Numbered from the stretch's first letter, positions 46,667-60,069 are shown. The stretch is DNA of 64,000 bases from Vicugna vicugna (GCA_013265495.1 MU057711.1:1984001-2048000), one strand, 5' to 3'. Numbers and translations are program-made. The notes: generated by a model not told the origin, from the letters alone.

Positions 46667-48904
46667 CTTTCACGGAAAAACCCACTGCCCGCCAAGGGCC
46701 GCGCCGGTGCCGGCCGGGCAGCGGCGCCCGCCCCAAGCAGGGCGCCTGCGCCCCGCGGTTCCCCAGCCCGGCCGCCAGCCCGGCCCGCGTCCCGCTCGGC
46801 TAGCTTCGCGGTCCCACTAGGCCCTGCTCGCCTCTCTGGCACTACGGGCTCCGACCCCGTGCTGGGCTAGTAGCTGAGGTAGATGCCACCCCCGCACCCC
46901 CACGGCTAGGGAGCGGGGATAGGCCTTGAGGCAGGGTCGGGGGAGACCAAGCTCGCGCTCTCAAGGCGGTCTCCGAGGTAGAGTCAGGCAACCAGCGAAA
47001 CGCGACGTCGCCAAGGCATACACCCCGACACGGCGAGACAGAGGGTATCCCCAGACGGGCCAGGACAGAGACGTCTCCTGACACTCAATTCCTGAGGGCC
47101 GCTCCCTCCCCACGTTAGCGCTGCCACCCCCTGGGTCACCACCCTCCCCAGGTCCTGCATCCGAGAGTGTCCAATATCTCGGCCTCCCCAGAGGGATATG
47201 GGAGCCGCCTCCAGCAACTCGGGGATGGCCGGGGTTAGGAAGAGAGGGGATGCCAAGGGCCAAAGCGAGGGCAGAGGCCGCAAGGCGCCTGGGAAGAAGC
47301 CAGGAAGGAGGGGCCGAATCAGCAGCTCCCCCACCCCCGCCGGCGCCTGGGATCGCGGCCCGCGGAGAGAGGCTGACAGGCGGCAGATGGCACACGCTGG
47401 GGGAGGGGGGCAATTGGCCTCGGCTCCAGGGTGCCCCCGCCGCGGGCTGCCTTTTCTAGGGGGAGGGGGCGGAGAACAGCCCCTGGCTCTCCCTCCCAGG
47501 CTCTCTGGGAGGCTGGAGACTGCAGACCGTGCCCAGCCAGGAGCCGGGAGAGAGAGAAGGTGGACAAAAGGAGCGCGGTGGGGATGCAGTTGCTGGAGGA
47601 AAGAAAGGGTCGCCGGGCGGGGAGGGCCGGTTGGAGACCCGATTGGAGACCCGCCGCGCTAACCTTTTTTCCACCCTTGGGAACTGCGCAAGGCACCCGG
47701 GCCAGAGGTGGGGGTAACAGGATGGGGGGCCGGCGACAGCCTATCCACAAGGGGACCAATTCATAAGGGCTAGAGGTCCTGGAGGAGCGTACAAAGTTTT
47801 GGGAGCCCTTCCTGCGCGTCACAGTCACCCATGTTTGCGTCCCGACGCTCACCCCTCCCCGGAAAGCCCTGGCTGCTGTCTCCCAGCTCAGCGGCAGTCA
47901 GGGAGTGAAGGGAGCGCTGCCGAGGCCGAGGCCCGCTTTCTCAGACGCTTGTTTCATGTTTAACTCCTTCCAGAAATATGCTGTTTTAAAGAAAATTCCA
48001 GAGCAGCAAAAATCTGGTAGCTTCTACTGAAAGGGTCTCAAGGGGCATTGGGTGAGGGCAAGAGTAGCTGCCTCCTGCCCCTGGGCTTTGCTTCTCACCA
48101 ACCTGGTGACCTGGGACCATAAAAAGGTCATTTTCAGGTGGTGCTTTATACCCCATCTACTTACTTCCTGCAGGGGACACAGGAGTCTGGGCCCCTCCCC
48201 CCATGAGGAAGGTCCCCTGTGGTCTCTTCTTCCTCATCTGCAAAGTGGGCTGCTGCTCCTGCCCTATCCGGAGGAGAGGCTGGGAGAACCCTTTGTAAAC
48301 TATGAGGACCCATCAACCTAAAAGCAAGAGAAATTACAAGTTAATGTTTTTGAAAACAAATAAGACCTTGCTCACATATACAGGCATCTTCCTTCTGAGT
48401 CACTTCACAGGGGTACAAGGCACCTCTCACCCCAGGTGCTGCCTTTCCCCACCCAGTTCTGATTGCTCCTAATGATATATCCCCAGACACACAGCAAGTG
48501 AGTTTACTCTTTGAGTTTCAAAAAGAGGCAGGCTTTGTCCAGAACAGGCTGGTAAATGCAGGAGGGGCTGTGGGTGACAAAACCAAGGTAGGACAATAAA
48601 GTAAAAGAAGATAGGATTCCTTTGGTGACTTCTAAACTAGTGGCCCTGAAAAGTCTCCAGAGTTGTTCAAGAGGTGCTTTGCAGTAAGTGACCAAATGAC
48701 CTCCTTTCTCCCCTATACACACACTCACACACACACACTTACTTTAAATGACACATGCATATACACAACCTGGAATTTGTGATCTTCGCTTACCATTTTA
48801 ATAACTTAAGAGTCCCACTCTCCACTGGGAAAATTTTCATCAGCCTGTAAGAAACAGTCATTTGGGGGAGGGACGATTACCTCCCAGTTTCACCCCAGGA
48901 AATA

Positions 48905-49280
48905 AGTTCATTCCTTTATTTGCTTATTTGTTCATTTATTCATTGTGTGCCTACTGTGTGCCCAAACTGAGGGTAAGACCATGCACGAGAAAGACCACAG
49001 TCCCTCCCTGCTAGGGCTTGTTCTCTAGTGGGGAGGCTGACTTTTAATAAATGTCCACCTAAATAATTCTTTAATGACCTTTTTGAACAATCTTGAGAAA
49101 GAAAAATATAATGTAAATGAGGCCAAAAAACAGAGGGTCACAATGGCGGTCTGGCTGAGAGCCTGAAGAAGGAGGAATGAGTCAGGGAAGAGGACAGAGG
49201 ACAGAAGACGGAGTTCCTGGTGGAGTAAGCAGCATGTGTAAAGGGCCTGTGGTGGAAAGAAGCTGGGCAATTCTGAGGGG
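48905..49280 (-). mobile_element. L2 fragments
   Basis: ttcattcctttatttg...tgcctactgtgtgcc...cacagtccct...cagcatgtgtaaagggcctgtgg. Confidence 0.6.
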
Positions 49281-52200
49281 AAGCTGTCACAGCTCTAAGC
49301 AAAGGGCCCAAGGAGGCAGGAATAGCCAGGTTTAGGAGCCAGTTTGATCCATTTTCCAGTCCAGCCTCACTCATTGCCTCGCCTGAGAACCTGGAGCAAG
49401 GGACTCTGCGCCTCCATTTTCTCATCTGCAAAATGGTAATACAGAGAGCATGGATCTCATGGGGTTGTCCTGAGTATCTCATGCTAGTGAGTGCTAGGCC
49501 ATGGGGCCTGACAGCCATTATCAGCTCTTCACTTTCCTTCCTGTCTCTCTCTTTCCCCACCCTTCAGGGTCAAAAGTATTTCTAGATAGTAATGCAAATT
49601 GCAAATTCCCCACTTGCACTGGCATTCCCTTGAGACAGACAGACGTGCCACTGCTTTCTAGCAGCTTCAGGTCTATTGAGAAGGCTCTGTGTTCGAGTGG
49701 ACTTAATTTTTCCTTTTTCTCTTTTGCATTTTTGTTTTATTGTAATGATCCATCTAGTTGTGGAACCCAGGTTTTCTTGGGCACTCCTGTCCTGGAAAGC
49801 AATGACTCTGCCCTGTGGCTGAACCTGTCAGGAGATGGCTTGGCATCTTGATTATTAACCAGCAACCACCCACCATCCAGGTCTTCCCTGCCTCCACACT
49901 GGTGTCTATGACATTGAGCGTTCTTTCCACAAGGCTTGGTCTTGAAGCTTCTGAGTCTTCAGAACAGAGAAAGTTAAAATAGAAGAGAATCCCTCTCTCT
50001 GCCCTTAGTTCACAGTCTGGTGTTTGGGGGAGGGAAATCCCTACAGATGGTCCTGAAATTCTCCAAGGGTCCCCAGTGCCCCCTCATGACCACAACTCAA
50101 AGAGGCCAGCGGCGGGCCCAGACATCTGCCTCCCCGGAGCTGTGGCAGCACAGTGCCAAAAACAATAAGTCGGGTGTGGGAACCTCCTCTTCTTCCCCAG
50201 TTTCTGTTCAGCTGGGAAAGCCATTTCTATTTTGTCATTATTATAATTATTTAATTCTTCAAGCGTCAGCAGTCTTTGCGGGGAACACCCACAAGGCAGC
50301 AAAGAAACCAACTTGGCAAGAGGGTCCCAGTGGACTCACACCCTCAGAAAGCTAGAAACTCCTGGCCATGGCCTGGGACCTCCACCCAGACCACCTCCAG
50401 CTGCCCTGGTGTGTGACACAAAAAACCCTGGGTCACTTGTTGCTTTGCTAGAATGGTTCTTTAGTAGTGTTTGTGTGATTCACTTTGAAAGAAAAAAAAA
50501 AAATCCAGCATATAATGAAGGTGATAAATGCCCAGTTGTCTAAGCTTGAATCAGGAGTAGTCATATCAGGCTGGGGCACATTCCAGAACTTGTCACAAGA
50601 TCTCTGGCCTCATCAGTAGCTCCATCAGCTACCAATGTTTTGCTAATTAGGAACCAGGATAGCCAAGAAGTGATAGGCTTAGAAATGGGCTCTCATTGAT
50701 GGAATGAAAGGCATTCAAGGTACAGTTGAGCAAAATGGTCTAGAGACAGTCCCCATGTTGCCTGCACAGGGAGTATAAATCTGGTGAGGCTGGGGTAACC
50801 TGTCCCCTTAGGGTACATCCCTTCCCACCTCACCCTGAGGCTCCACCCCTCCAGGAGGCTTCCTGCCTGCCTGGAGCCCAGCAGAGGACACAGAATCTTG
50901 CCGGGCGGTGTGATGGGGCTTGTTTGGAGTGCACCTCAAACTCTGGAGGTGGGCAGACACCCTTAAAGGACAGAATGCCGGAGCTTCACTGAGCTGACAA
51001 AACTGGTTGTAGGACCTGTTCTGTCCTCGGGATGGGCTTGCCTGCATAACTTTCCATGTGAGAGAGAATTTGGCCAGAAACGTGCCTTCACTGTCACCTG
51101 GTAGAGAGGTTATGCGGGAGCAGCAAATCTTCACCCACCTCCAACCTCTTTTGTGACCTCTGTTTACCAAAAAGACCTAAGAGTGTGCAGGACCAATCTT
51201 ACTAAGATAATTTTCCCAAAAAAAAGTGATATTGGGTTGTTTCCTAGGCTCATACCCTTTCCCCTCCCACCACCCACCCTCCTCCCATCATGAAAAGAAC
51301 CGAACATGTGCCCAGGCCTAAGAGAAATGCCATGGAGATTTCAGAAGAGCATCAGCACATGTGGTCCCCACACTGAGCACATACAATTGAGGGCCCAATA
51401 TCCACAAGCAGGAAGGGAGGAACTGGGACCATCAGGGCTGGGTCTACCCTGCTCCCCATTACATCTCCAATGCCCTGCAGATGCTCAGAACTTAGTGAGG
51501 GCATTAGGAGATAAACTGCCAATCTGTGCAGCATAGAGGAGATGCCTAGTACATCTCTGTGCAATCAACCGGTGGACTACGGAGGCCAAGGGGTAAAAAA
51601 TCTTTGCCTACCCAGCTAGATCGAAAGCTGTTTCAGGGCAGAGCCTTAGGATTTGACAAGTACCCCCTTCACACCATGGCGCCCACTTCATGTCCAGTGA
51701 ATGGTGGTGATGGGAGAAGCAAGCTGACCAGAGAAGCCAGAAGTAGACTCCAGACAGACAGGGCCACTGCAGAGCACAGAGGCTGGTCTCATGGAAAGGT
51801 CCTTGAATTGAATCCTCAGGCAAAGCAACCTCATTTGTAAAATAAGGAAACCAATGTCAGTGGCAGAGGGTGGTTGTGAGCAATAACAGAAGCTCACCGT
51901 TGACCTGCCCCAATCACGTGTGGACGGCATGATATGAGTGGTGCTGTGACGTGCCTGGCACACACCACTTTGGACGCAGTAGGGGCTTGATCAATGTTAT
52001 GTTTTGAATGTGGTGCTTCTTCAGTGAGGGTATGGCTGTGTCCCTGCTGAGGGGTGGGCTGACAGGGAGGAGAGCTTATTGGCCAGGACTGGAAACAGCT
52101 AAGGTGAGTCAAGAGAAGAGAGCTGGTAAGGCAGCTTCCCTGAGACAAGCTCTTTTTGATCTGCTAGTTCCCTGGATTCATTACCTGGTCCTCCCATACT

Positions 52201-53399
52201 CTAAGTGCATTAGCTCTTGTTAATATTTATCGGCAAAGCACACACAACAGCCACTAAACCAGTTTAGGGTCCCTGGGTGGCCTCAGGCAATCCCTCTCTC
52301 TGCCTCAGTCTCCCCATTTGTGAAATCTCTCTGGTTCTCTGACTGGGTTTACTCCCAACACGTGGCACCACCGGCACCAGGCCAGCTGTGAAAGTCCGAG
52401 GGAGCAGAGGAGATTCAAGTGAAAAACCACCAAGGAGAGGTAGTAGGGCTTAGGCTGGGAGCAGAGGGAGACTGGGCTTGGACCCCAGTGGCCCCAGCCC
52501 GGTGCTGTATTTCCCAGGGCCTGCTGCTGCCTGCTCTGAGTGTCCCTGGCCCCATCCTGGTCATGCACATTGGGACATGCCAGGACCTGGCTTCCCAGGG
52601 GCCAGAGGGAGCTCCCGCAGGGGACTTCAAAAGCCCAAATGCCTTTCAGAAAGGAACTAAAACTTTCTGCTTAACCGAAGCCTCCACAGGAGAAGAACAG
52701 CCTAGCCCTTTTCTTTTTAAGTCTCTTTATTTTCCAGCCGGCTGGCCTGGTCATTCTCTTTTTTTCCTATTATAAACGGTCCCAGCTGCAACACACAGGG
52801 AAAAAAAACCATCTCCCAGGCCTGGGCAGGGGCCGGTTGCAGCCGCAGCCGCCTGGCTGGCCTCCTGCGGCAGACAAAGGCGGCTCCAGCCTCCGTCACC
52901 CACTGGGAGAGGCCCTGGAGCCCCCATCCAGAGCCAAGGGCCCAGCAGGAACAAGGGGAGGATTCGGGAAGTTTCTGCCAGCACTCCAAACTTTCTCCTG
53001 TCCCTGGGATCCGAGCTCCCATCCAGCCAAACCAAGGACTTCTGGAGGGACAGCCTGTTTGTGTAGGACAGAAAATGAAAGATCGGGCCCCCTTCTAATG
53101 GCCAAAAGGTTCAGGGTTTTTGACCTGGAAGGGCCATAGGAGATGATCTAGTCCAACCACTTGGCTGGAAAGATGGGAAAACTGATGTCTAGCAGGGGTC
53201 AGACTTGCCCAAGGTCACATTGCCAACTAATGGCTGAGCTGACTCTTGAAGTCAAGGCTCCCAATTCCAATACCAGGTAACAAAGAAATGTTGGGGGGAG
53301 AGGAGTCAAGCAAGGGGCCTTAATATCCTGAGGTGGCCAGATGGGGTGGGGACGTCATTTCTTTTAGTAATAAGTAAGACCGACCCAGGACAACCTGGA

Positions 53400-53570
53400 A
53401 GCAGGCAGCCTGCTTTAGACTCTCCACTCCTCGCCTCCCACCAAGTTATTTCATTTCTCTGGGCCTCTGTTTCCTCATCTGTGAAAATGGAGTTATGCTG
53501 GTACCTGCCTTGTGGGACTGTTGTGAGGATTAAACAAGCCAATACATAAAGCACTAGGCTAGTACTCAAA
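53400..53570 (+). mobile_element. MIR SINE
   Basis: caagttattt...gcctctgtttcctcatctgtgaaaatgg...gttgtgaggattaaa. Confidence 0.8.
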
Positions 53571-53582
53571 AAAGTGACCTCT

Positions 53583-53792
53583 TTATTGAAGGATAGTCAA
53601 TTTACAATATTGCGTTAATTTCTGGTATATAGCATAGTAATTCATTTATACATATATGTATTTATATATATTCCTTTTCATATTCTTTTTCATTATAGGC
53701 CATTACAAAGTATTGAATATAGTTCCCTGTGCTACTTCACATACTTCAATTTTTAAAAAAGAATACAAAGAATACATCTTTCTGACAAAAAA
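53583..53792. mobile_element. L1 3' tail with internal inversion (probable twin-priming insertion)
   Basis: Minus-strand tail at 53583-53735, then plus-strand terminus atacttcaatttttaaaaaa and an A-rich tail. Candidate TSD 13/15 identical at 53568-53582 and 53793-53807. Confidence 0.65.
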
Positions 53793-55099
53793 AAAACAGT
53801 AACCTCTGACTATCTGTAAATGTAAGGATACGTTTTCTTCACCCAAGAAAAATTTATTGGCAATCTTGGGTCTACTCTGTGACAGGCTCTGGGCCAGATG
53901 GGATGGAGCTGCCCAAGGCAGAGGGTCTCTAGCCTGCTTGGAACTTCCAGTCAAGGGCGGGTGGGTTGGGTGGGTAAGAGGACTGATGACTGTGGGCTGC
54001 CTGAAACAGCCCGCCCCAGTTCCTCAGTTCTCTTGGTGGGAGCACAGCAGGAGTCACAGACTGTTGTCTCCAGAGCAAACTGATCAGGCAGATGAGGCCG
54101 GGAAACTGGAGGACCCAAGAGGGCTCCAAAAAAAAAAAGAACACTCCTACAAAGAGGTGAGAAACTACCGTGCAGTTCTGTGTGCCCTTGTTTTTCAAAT
54201 GTTGACAAGTCTAAGTATTAAACTTAAACACATTAATTAAAAATTATGTTTTTAAGTGGGATTGGGGGAGACATGAACAGTTTGCGGCCTCTTCCTCCCG
54301 GAAGGTCTGATTCATCCTTAGAAGAACCTGGGGCCCCCGCTGCCTGCATAAAGTACCAGGAGACAGAGATGCTGCGCAAGTAAGGTAGGGTCCTCACCCC
54401 GAACCCCTAGCGTGCTCCATCCACCGCATCCCAGGATGGCGGCGTGGGTTGGGGGCGGGCGTGGCCTGTGAGCCCTCAGCACTCATCTGCCTCTGCCGAG
54501 TGCCCCTCGCCACACCAACCCACCTTCAAAAATCCAACAGACCAGCAAACAAACTCCTCCTCTGTCCTCTGAACCCCAGGGACTCCCCAGGAACTCCCCA
54601 GGAACTTGGCCTCAGGCCTAAGGAATAAGGGGCGGGAGAGGCACAAAATCATGCTCCCCTCGGCCTAGGGGAGGAACAAGCTCCCCTTTTTCCAGACCTT
54701 TCTCCTTGGTGCACAACCCCCCAAGGCCCAGCCTGATATCCTGCAGAGAGCTCCCCCTACACTGCCTAAATTGATGCCCACACGCCGTGATTATCTCCAC
54801 TTTACAGACAGAACAGAGGCTCAGAGAGACCGTGTGGCTCACTGGACTAAGGTCACACAGCCCTTAAGGGATGAAACGCTGCTTGAAATCAAAGCGGACC
54901 TCCCTCCAAAGCTGGAGCTTTGCCCTGTGCGGTAGGTTAATTTCAGTTTCTACACCTTGCCTGAAGCATAGTGTTGAGGTATTGATTTCAGATGGATAGA
55001 TGTTTAGAAAGACAAAGATAGACAGATAATGGCGACCAAGATGGTATCTGGGAACCACAGGCGATTGTATCAGGTGTCAAGTTTTTGGAGAGGGACATC

Positions 55100-56300
55100 T
55101 TTCCCCCAAATGTCCATCAATTCTCAAATTCATTTTAATTTTTAACTAGGGAAGATTTCAAACAGGCAGAAAATAACATAGCAGGTACCTGTATGTCCCC
55201 AATAGTTGTTAAAATTTTACCACATTGAGGGTAAAGTCTCTGTTAAAACCTCTGAACTTCCCATTCCCCTAGACAATTAATTGCCCAGTTTGCACCTGGG
55301 GATAATGTTGCTATTACATGATCTTTCCTGATTTTTCAAACACTGAAAAAGAAGCACTATAATTGAAACTACAGAAATCCAGAAGGAAAATTACCCACAG
55401 ACCCACCCAAGATTAAATCCATGTTTTCCTTTGTCCGCCTCACTAGTTTCTCATTGTCCATGGAGAAATCTGCTTTCACAGATTTAACATAACATTAGGT
55501 TACATATTTTCTATCAACACTATGCAGTTTATACTTTCTTTGTTTTCCTGGAAACCAAGTTATCTTCTCCCTTATCCACCTCTTTCCCAGTCCCCACTTG
55601 CAAAGCAGTCTGGCGTGTAGACTTCCAGAAGGATTCTCTATGCTCACTGTCATGTACAAACAAAAAGTACATATACAGGAAGGGGCAGGGCTGGTATTAG
55701 TGTTAAAAGATGCATCGTATTATAGACAGCAGACATTTGTGCATCTCTGGTCCTCCTCACTTGATCATGTATCATGGAAGCACTCCAGGGTACTTTGAGT
55801 AAAGCCAACTCATTCTATTTCATGGTCACATAATATCATATATATAGACATATCGCAATTTTAACCTTTCATCTTGGAAGTAAACGTTACCAAGTTTTTA
55901 TCACTTCAAAAAACACTTCAATAAATATCCTCGTATGTTTATCTTTAAGTCTCAGAATGGAATCTCAGGAGTGTGGCTGCTGGACAGAGGCTATTTTTGT
56001 TTTGTTTTGTTTACATTTTAATACATATTGCCAATTTTCTTTTTCTTCAAAATCTTGCAACAATTCATATTTCTACCACCTATGTAAGATTCTGCCTCCC
56101 ACCAACCCCTTATCAACCATTACTTAAGTGACATCACCCATTTTTATTTTTGCTCATCTGATGGGCATACAAAGGCATTTCATGGGGTTCTAGTTTGCAT
56201 TTTTCTAGTTCAGGAGTCAGAGTTTTTTTGCATGTGTTTTTGGCCATCTTGGTTTCCTCATCTGTGAAATGTCTTGTTGTATCCTTACCCCTTTTGTGGG
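55100..56300 (-). mobile_element. Ancient L1 (L1ME-like) decayed fragments
   Basis: AT-rich, with antisense L1 remnants such as catattgccaatt, tttgctcatctgatggg and gtttgcatttttctag. Confidence 0.55.
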
Positions 56301-57224
56301 GCCCTGGGATTCACCTACTTCTCTCAGTGCATCATAATTATTTATGTTCCTAGAATTCTGTGAGCACCACCTAGGAAGGCCTGTATCTTATTCCTGGCAA
56401 CATCACCAACGCCTAGCACACAGTAGGACGTCAGGAAACACTGAATGATGGAAGGAGCCTCTGCCAGCCCTGGGAGACGCCATATGGAGCCCTTGGGCCG
56501 GGTCATCTGGGCAGGCAGGTGTGCCCTCCCAACAGGAGGACCTGTGCATGTTATCACGCTGGGTTATTTGTTTATTTCTCCCAGCTGACTGTCACAGGAA
56601 CTTTTCACCTGGACTTTTGGAGAGCCTCTTGGCAAGGCCAAGTGGAATCTCATACTAAGTGCTCCCAAAGAGCTGGGCCTCGGTTGCCTCCTCTCTCCTC
56701 TTTCCTCCCAGGGGACAAAGGTCCATCCTCACAACTCCTTTGCCACGAGGCCCAGGAAGGTCAAGTTCTCCTCTCCGGGAAGCCATTCTCACACTCCTGC
56801 CTAAGTGGGCCACAGTAGGAGGGAAGGGGACCCTCCCAGCGATGACCCCAAATTGCCTCTCCCTGGGGGCTTGCTCATGTGGTTTGGCTGGATAGAAAAG
56901 AGCACACACAAACCATCTGTGTGAGTGCCTTTCCTAAAGTAAGGCTAACGTGGGCAGCAGTTTTTTCCCAGCAGCCAGTCGGATTCCTTGGTTCCCCCTT
57001 GAGAAGGTGTGTGTACTGTGGGGGAGGAACAACTGCCCCTTCTGATCTCCAAGGGAACATCTGCTTAAATTATGATGGACCCCTGTGCCAAGTTTAGGAG
57101 CATTGTAGTCCCCGCCACCCACGATTGCCTGGGCCAAACTCAATCATGCAACTTATTAGGCATCTATTATGTTCTGGGCACTGGGCACACTAATGATCAA
57201 ACAGGCAAAAATCCCTGCACCTGT

Positions 57225-57478
57225 CATTGTCACAACTCACAACTACTGAACTACTTTGTAGTGTGAAAGCAGCCATAGATAATATGAAAATGAATGAGTG
57301 TGGCTGTGTTCCAATAAAACTTTAGTTATGGACACTGAAATTTAAATGCTATAGAATTTGCATGCCTCCTGAAATATTAGTCTTCTTTTGTGTTCCCCTC
57401 TCCTCATACATTTAAAAATGTACACACACCATTCTTAGCTCGAGGGAGGGCCATGTAAAACCAGTGGTGCCAACCCTG
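57225..57478 (+). mobile_element. MER58B-like DNA transposon
   Basis: gtagtgtgaaagcagccatagataat...tgtggctgtgttccaataaaacttta...ggacactgaaattt...ccattcttagctc. Confidence 0.8.
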
Positions 57479-57509
57479 ATCTAAATAATAAAAACTGAGA
57501 CTCACACAG

Positions 57510-57700
57510 CACATACATGTGCCAGGACTGTTCTAGTGCTTATGTAAATTAACTCATTTCATCCTCATAATAACCCTGGAAGGTGTGTCACCACTATTGG
57601 CTGCACTTTACAGGGAAGGAAAGAGGCACACAGAAACGGGTAAGTTGGACAGTTGTGGGGTCAGGATTTGAATCTAGAATCCAGAGTATATGTCCTTCTG
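57510..57700 (-). mobile_element. MIR SINE
   Basis: tgtgccaggactgttctag...aactcatttcatcctcataataaccct...caggatttgaatctag. Confidence 0.75.
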
Positions 57701-58374
57701 CACTATTCTATCTCTCCTCCTGCACCCACCCCAACAAACTAATCTACAGTTGTCTTTGTACCTACTGACTGTACAAAGAAAGGTGTAGCCACTAAATGTA
57801 CAATAAAGGAATTAAACTCCAAACTGTATGAGACAGGTGTTAGCATCTCCACTTGGAGGGGGTGTGCTCACCCTGAAGGCCCTTACTTTGTTCCCCTGGC
57901 CCTCAATTTCTTGGCCTTGCTCACCTTCTCCAAACACCCTCCAACCCCAGGGCACTGCTCCTCAGCCATCCCCACGTGCTGGCCACATTTCAACTTGAAT
58001 TCTACAGCCGGAGTGATGCTGGCATCATTTTAGCACTCGCAGACACTTGAGGGGGTAAAATTCAGAGTTAAACAGCCCCAGGAGAGAGACAGGCTAGGGA
58101 GCTTGGGGTCCCCAGAAAGCTTTTTTGGTGGAGGGGTATGGAGGGTTAGGGGCATGGGGTGGACCTCAAAATAACTTTTTCCTCAATGCAAGGAAACCTC
58201 AGTCTACCACTCCACGAAGAAAGCCTTTGCCACCAGGTCTTTGAGGGGAGGGGGAAGCAGGTGAGTATTCCTTGAGTCCCAGAGCATAGGGGAAATGCTT
58301 CTGGCATTAAACAAAAGCCTTTTTATATTTAAACTGCCAGCCCAGGATTTTCAGAAAAGTTTCCCCAAGTGTCA

Positions 58375-59060
58375 CTGCGCGTGTGTGCACAAAAAATTAT
58401 ACACCGGTGTATAAACACAGTCGGATGCAGAAGCACACACGCGTGCACGTGAAAACACCGCAGCTAAGTCTAGACACGGCCACAGCCGCCGCAAGCCACT
58501 TGCCCTTGGGCGCACCCCGCACCCGGGCCGCACGCTCCGCGGGCTTCCGCGCCCCGGGATGCAGGGCGGGCGGGGGAGTAGGTTCCACCAGGAATTCCAG
58601 AGCCACGGGGGGTGGGAGGAGGAGGAAGCCGCCGCAGCTGGGGGCCGGGGGAAAGAGGGCAGAGGGAGGAGGCGAGGAGGGGCGCCCCGGAGCCGGGAGA
58701 GCCGGGCGCGAGGCCAGGGGGCCGGCGTGGGTAGAGGTCGCTGGAGAGGGGCGGGAGATCGAGGCCCCGGCCCGCCGCTGCGGGGCCAACCAGCAGGCGG
58801 GGTGGGGTAGGACCCAGACCAGGGTCGTCTGGACCCGGAGCCCGGAGACCTGATCTTGTGTCTCACGGCAGGCGGCTGGGGATGCGGGGAGCTGGGACCA
58901 ACCGTCAGGTCCTGTCGGAGGGTCAGTGCGCTAGGCGGGCGCCCCCGCCCCGCCGGCCCTGGGCGGTGACTCCGCAGGCACTTGGGTTCCTTTCTCGGAG
59001 AAGCCAACCAATCCGACCAGTCGAGGGCACTGAGGCTCACTGAGGCAACAAAGACTCGCA
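58375..59060. promoter_or_regulatory. Upstream CpG island about 14 kb 5' of ZNF423 exon 1
   Basis: CpG-rich block with a GC box (ccccgccccgcc near 58942) and CCAAT near 59008. Confidence 0.8.
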
Positions 59061-60069
59061 AACCCAGGGCCTTGGGCTCTTACTAGCCAGCAGACTTGTA
59101 TACTTTTTTTTTTTTTAATATGAGTCCCTTCAACTGGAGTCTGGTCCCTTTAATTTAGGAGAGCACAAAAGTCCAAAAGTCGAGGCCTAGTTGAGAAAGA
59201 GCTCAGAAGAGTCTGATTAGGGTTTGCTCAAGGAGAGAATCTTTGTCAAGTACCGGCACACCCTGACTATAAACCTTCTCTGTATTGCTTGCCTCTGTGT
59301 CCAGCCCCTGAAGGCATCTCCCACCCTAATCTTGGGAGTCAGATGTGATTAGGTCTTGGATTCCAAAACTAGCTCTGCTCCTCCTAGCCTGTGCCTCTCC
59401 GAGGGAGTCACACTATCTCACTTCCAGTTTTCTCATCAAATGGGCAGATTATAACCTCTCTCTAAGGCTGCCTGAGGATTCTCTAGGGCAATGTCAGCCC
59501 TCCATGCACATGGAAGCTTTGAGTTGAGTCTGTCCCTGCCCCAACCCCAAATAAGCTCGGAGTGAATCTTTGGCATTCACGATGAAAAGAGAGCCTTGGT
59601 CAAGACAGTGTTCAGGAAAGTCGGTGATGCTAAGCTCAGGGAAACTCTTCCCAAACTCCACAGCTGGGAGAGGTGGAGCTGGGTCCCTTGTCCCACGACC
59701 TCCAACCCTGGGCAACTTTCCACTGTCTCAGGTCTGAAAGCAAATGGACTTGTTTTCCAAGGCCAGGTTCAAGCTACTCAGTCAAAAGCAACTACCAATG
59801 GCTTTTTCACCCTTCATTCACTGAACACCATTTATATGCCAAGACCTTTACATGAATGAATTGTTCCTGCACTGTCCATAAGCCCCATTGGTCAGATCTC
59901 AAAGAAGAGGCTCAGTGATGCGATATAACTTACCCAGGTAACCCAGCCCGTCCATGACACAGGGTTCAGCCCTGCACCTGGTGCCTTGTGTTCACCAGGA
60001 TGCTCCACTGTAGACCTTAAATCAGGTGATTTTAGTGTGTAACCCAGATGAGAGCCACAGCACTAAAGG

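Larger units (their letters stand above)
43480..47930. promoter_or_regulatory. Main CpG island / ZNF423 promoter and 5' UTR
   Basis: Very high GC and CpG density over about 4.4 kb around the first coding exon; GC boxes and GGC/CCG runs. Confidence 0.9.

Noticed and set aside
43446..47852. Many long overlapping ORFs (up to 450 aa) in the main CpG island, with poly-P, poly-R, poly-G and poly-S tracts
   Set aside because: Stops are rare in very GC-rich DNA and the homopolymers come from triplet repeats. Only MSRRKQAKPRSVK is recognisable and it ends at a splice donor.
54571..54605. Short direct repeats as a CRISPR-like array
   Set aside because: Eukaryotic context, contiguous 11-bp units, no spacers and no cas genes.
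58372..59061. 229-aa minus-strand ORF over the upstream CpG island
   Set aside because: GC-rich, P/R/S-biased, no domain and no ATG start.
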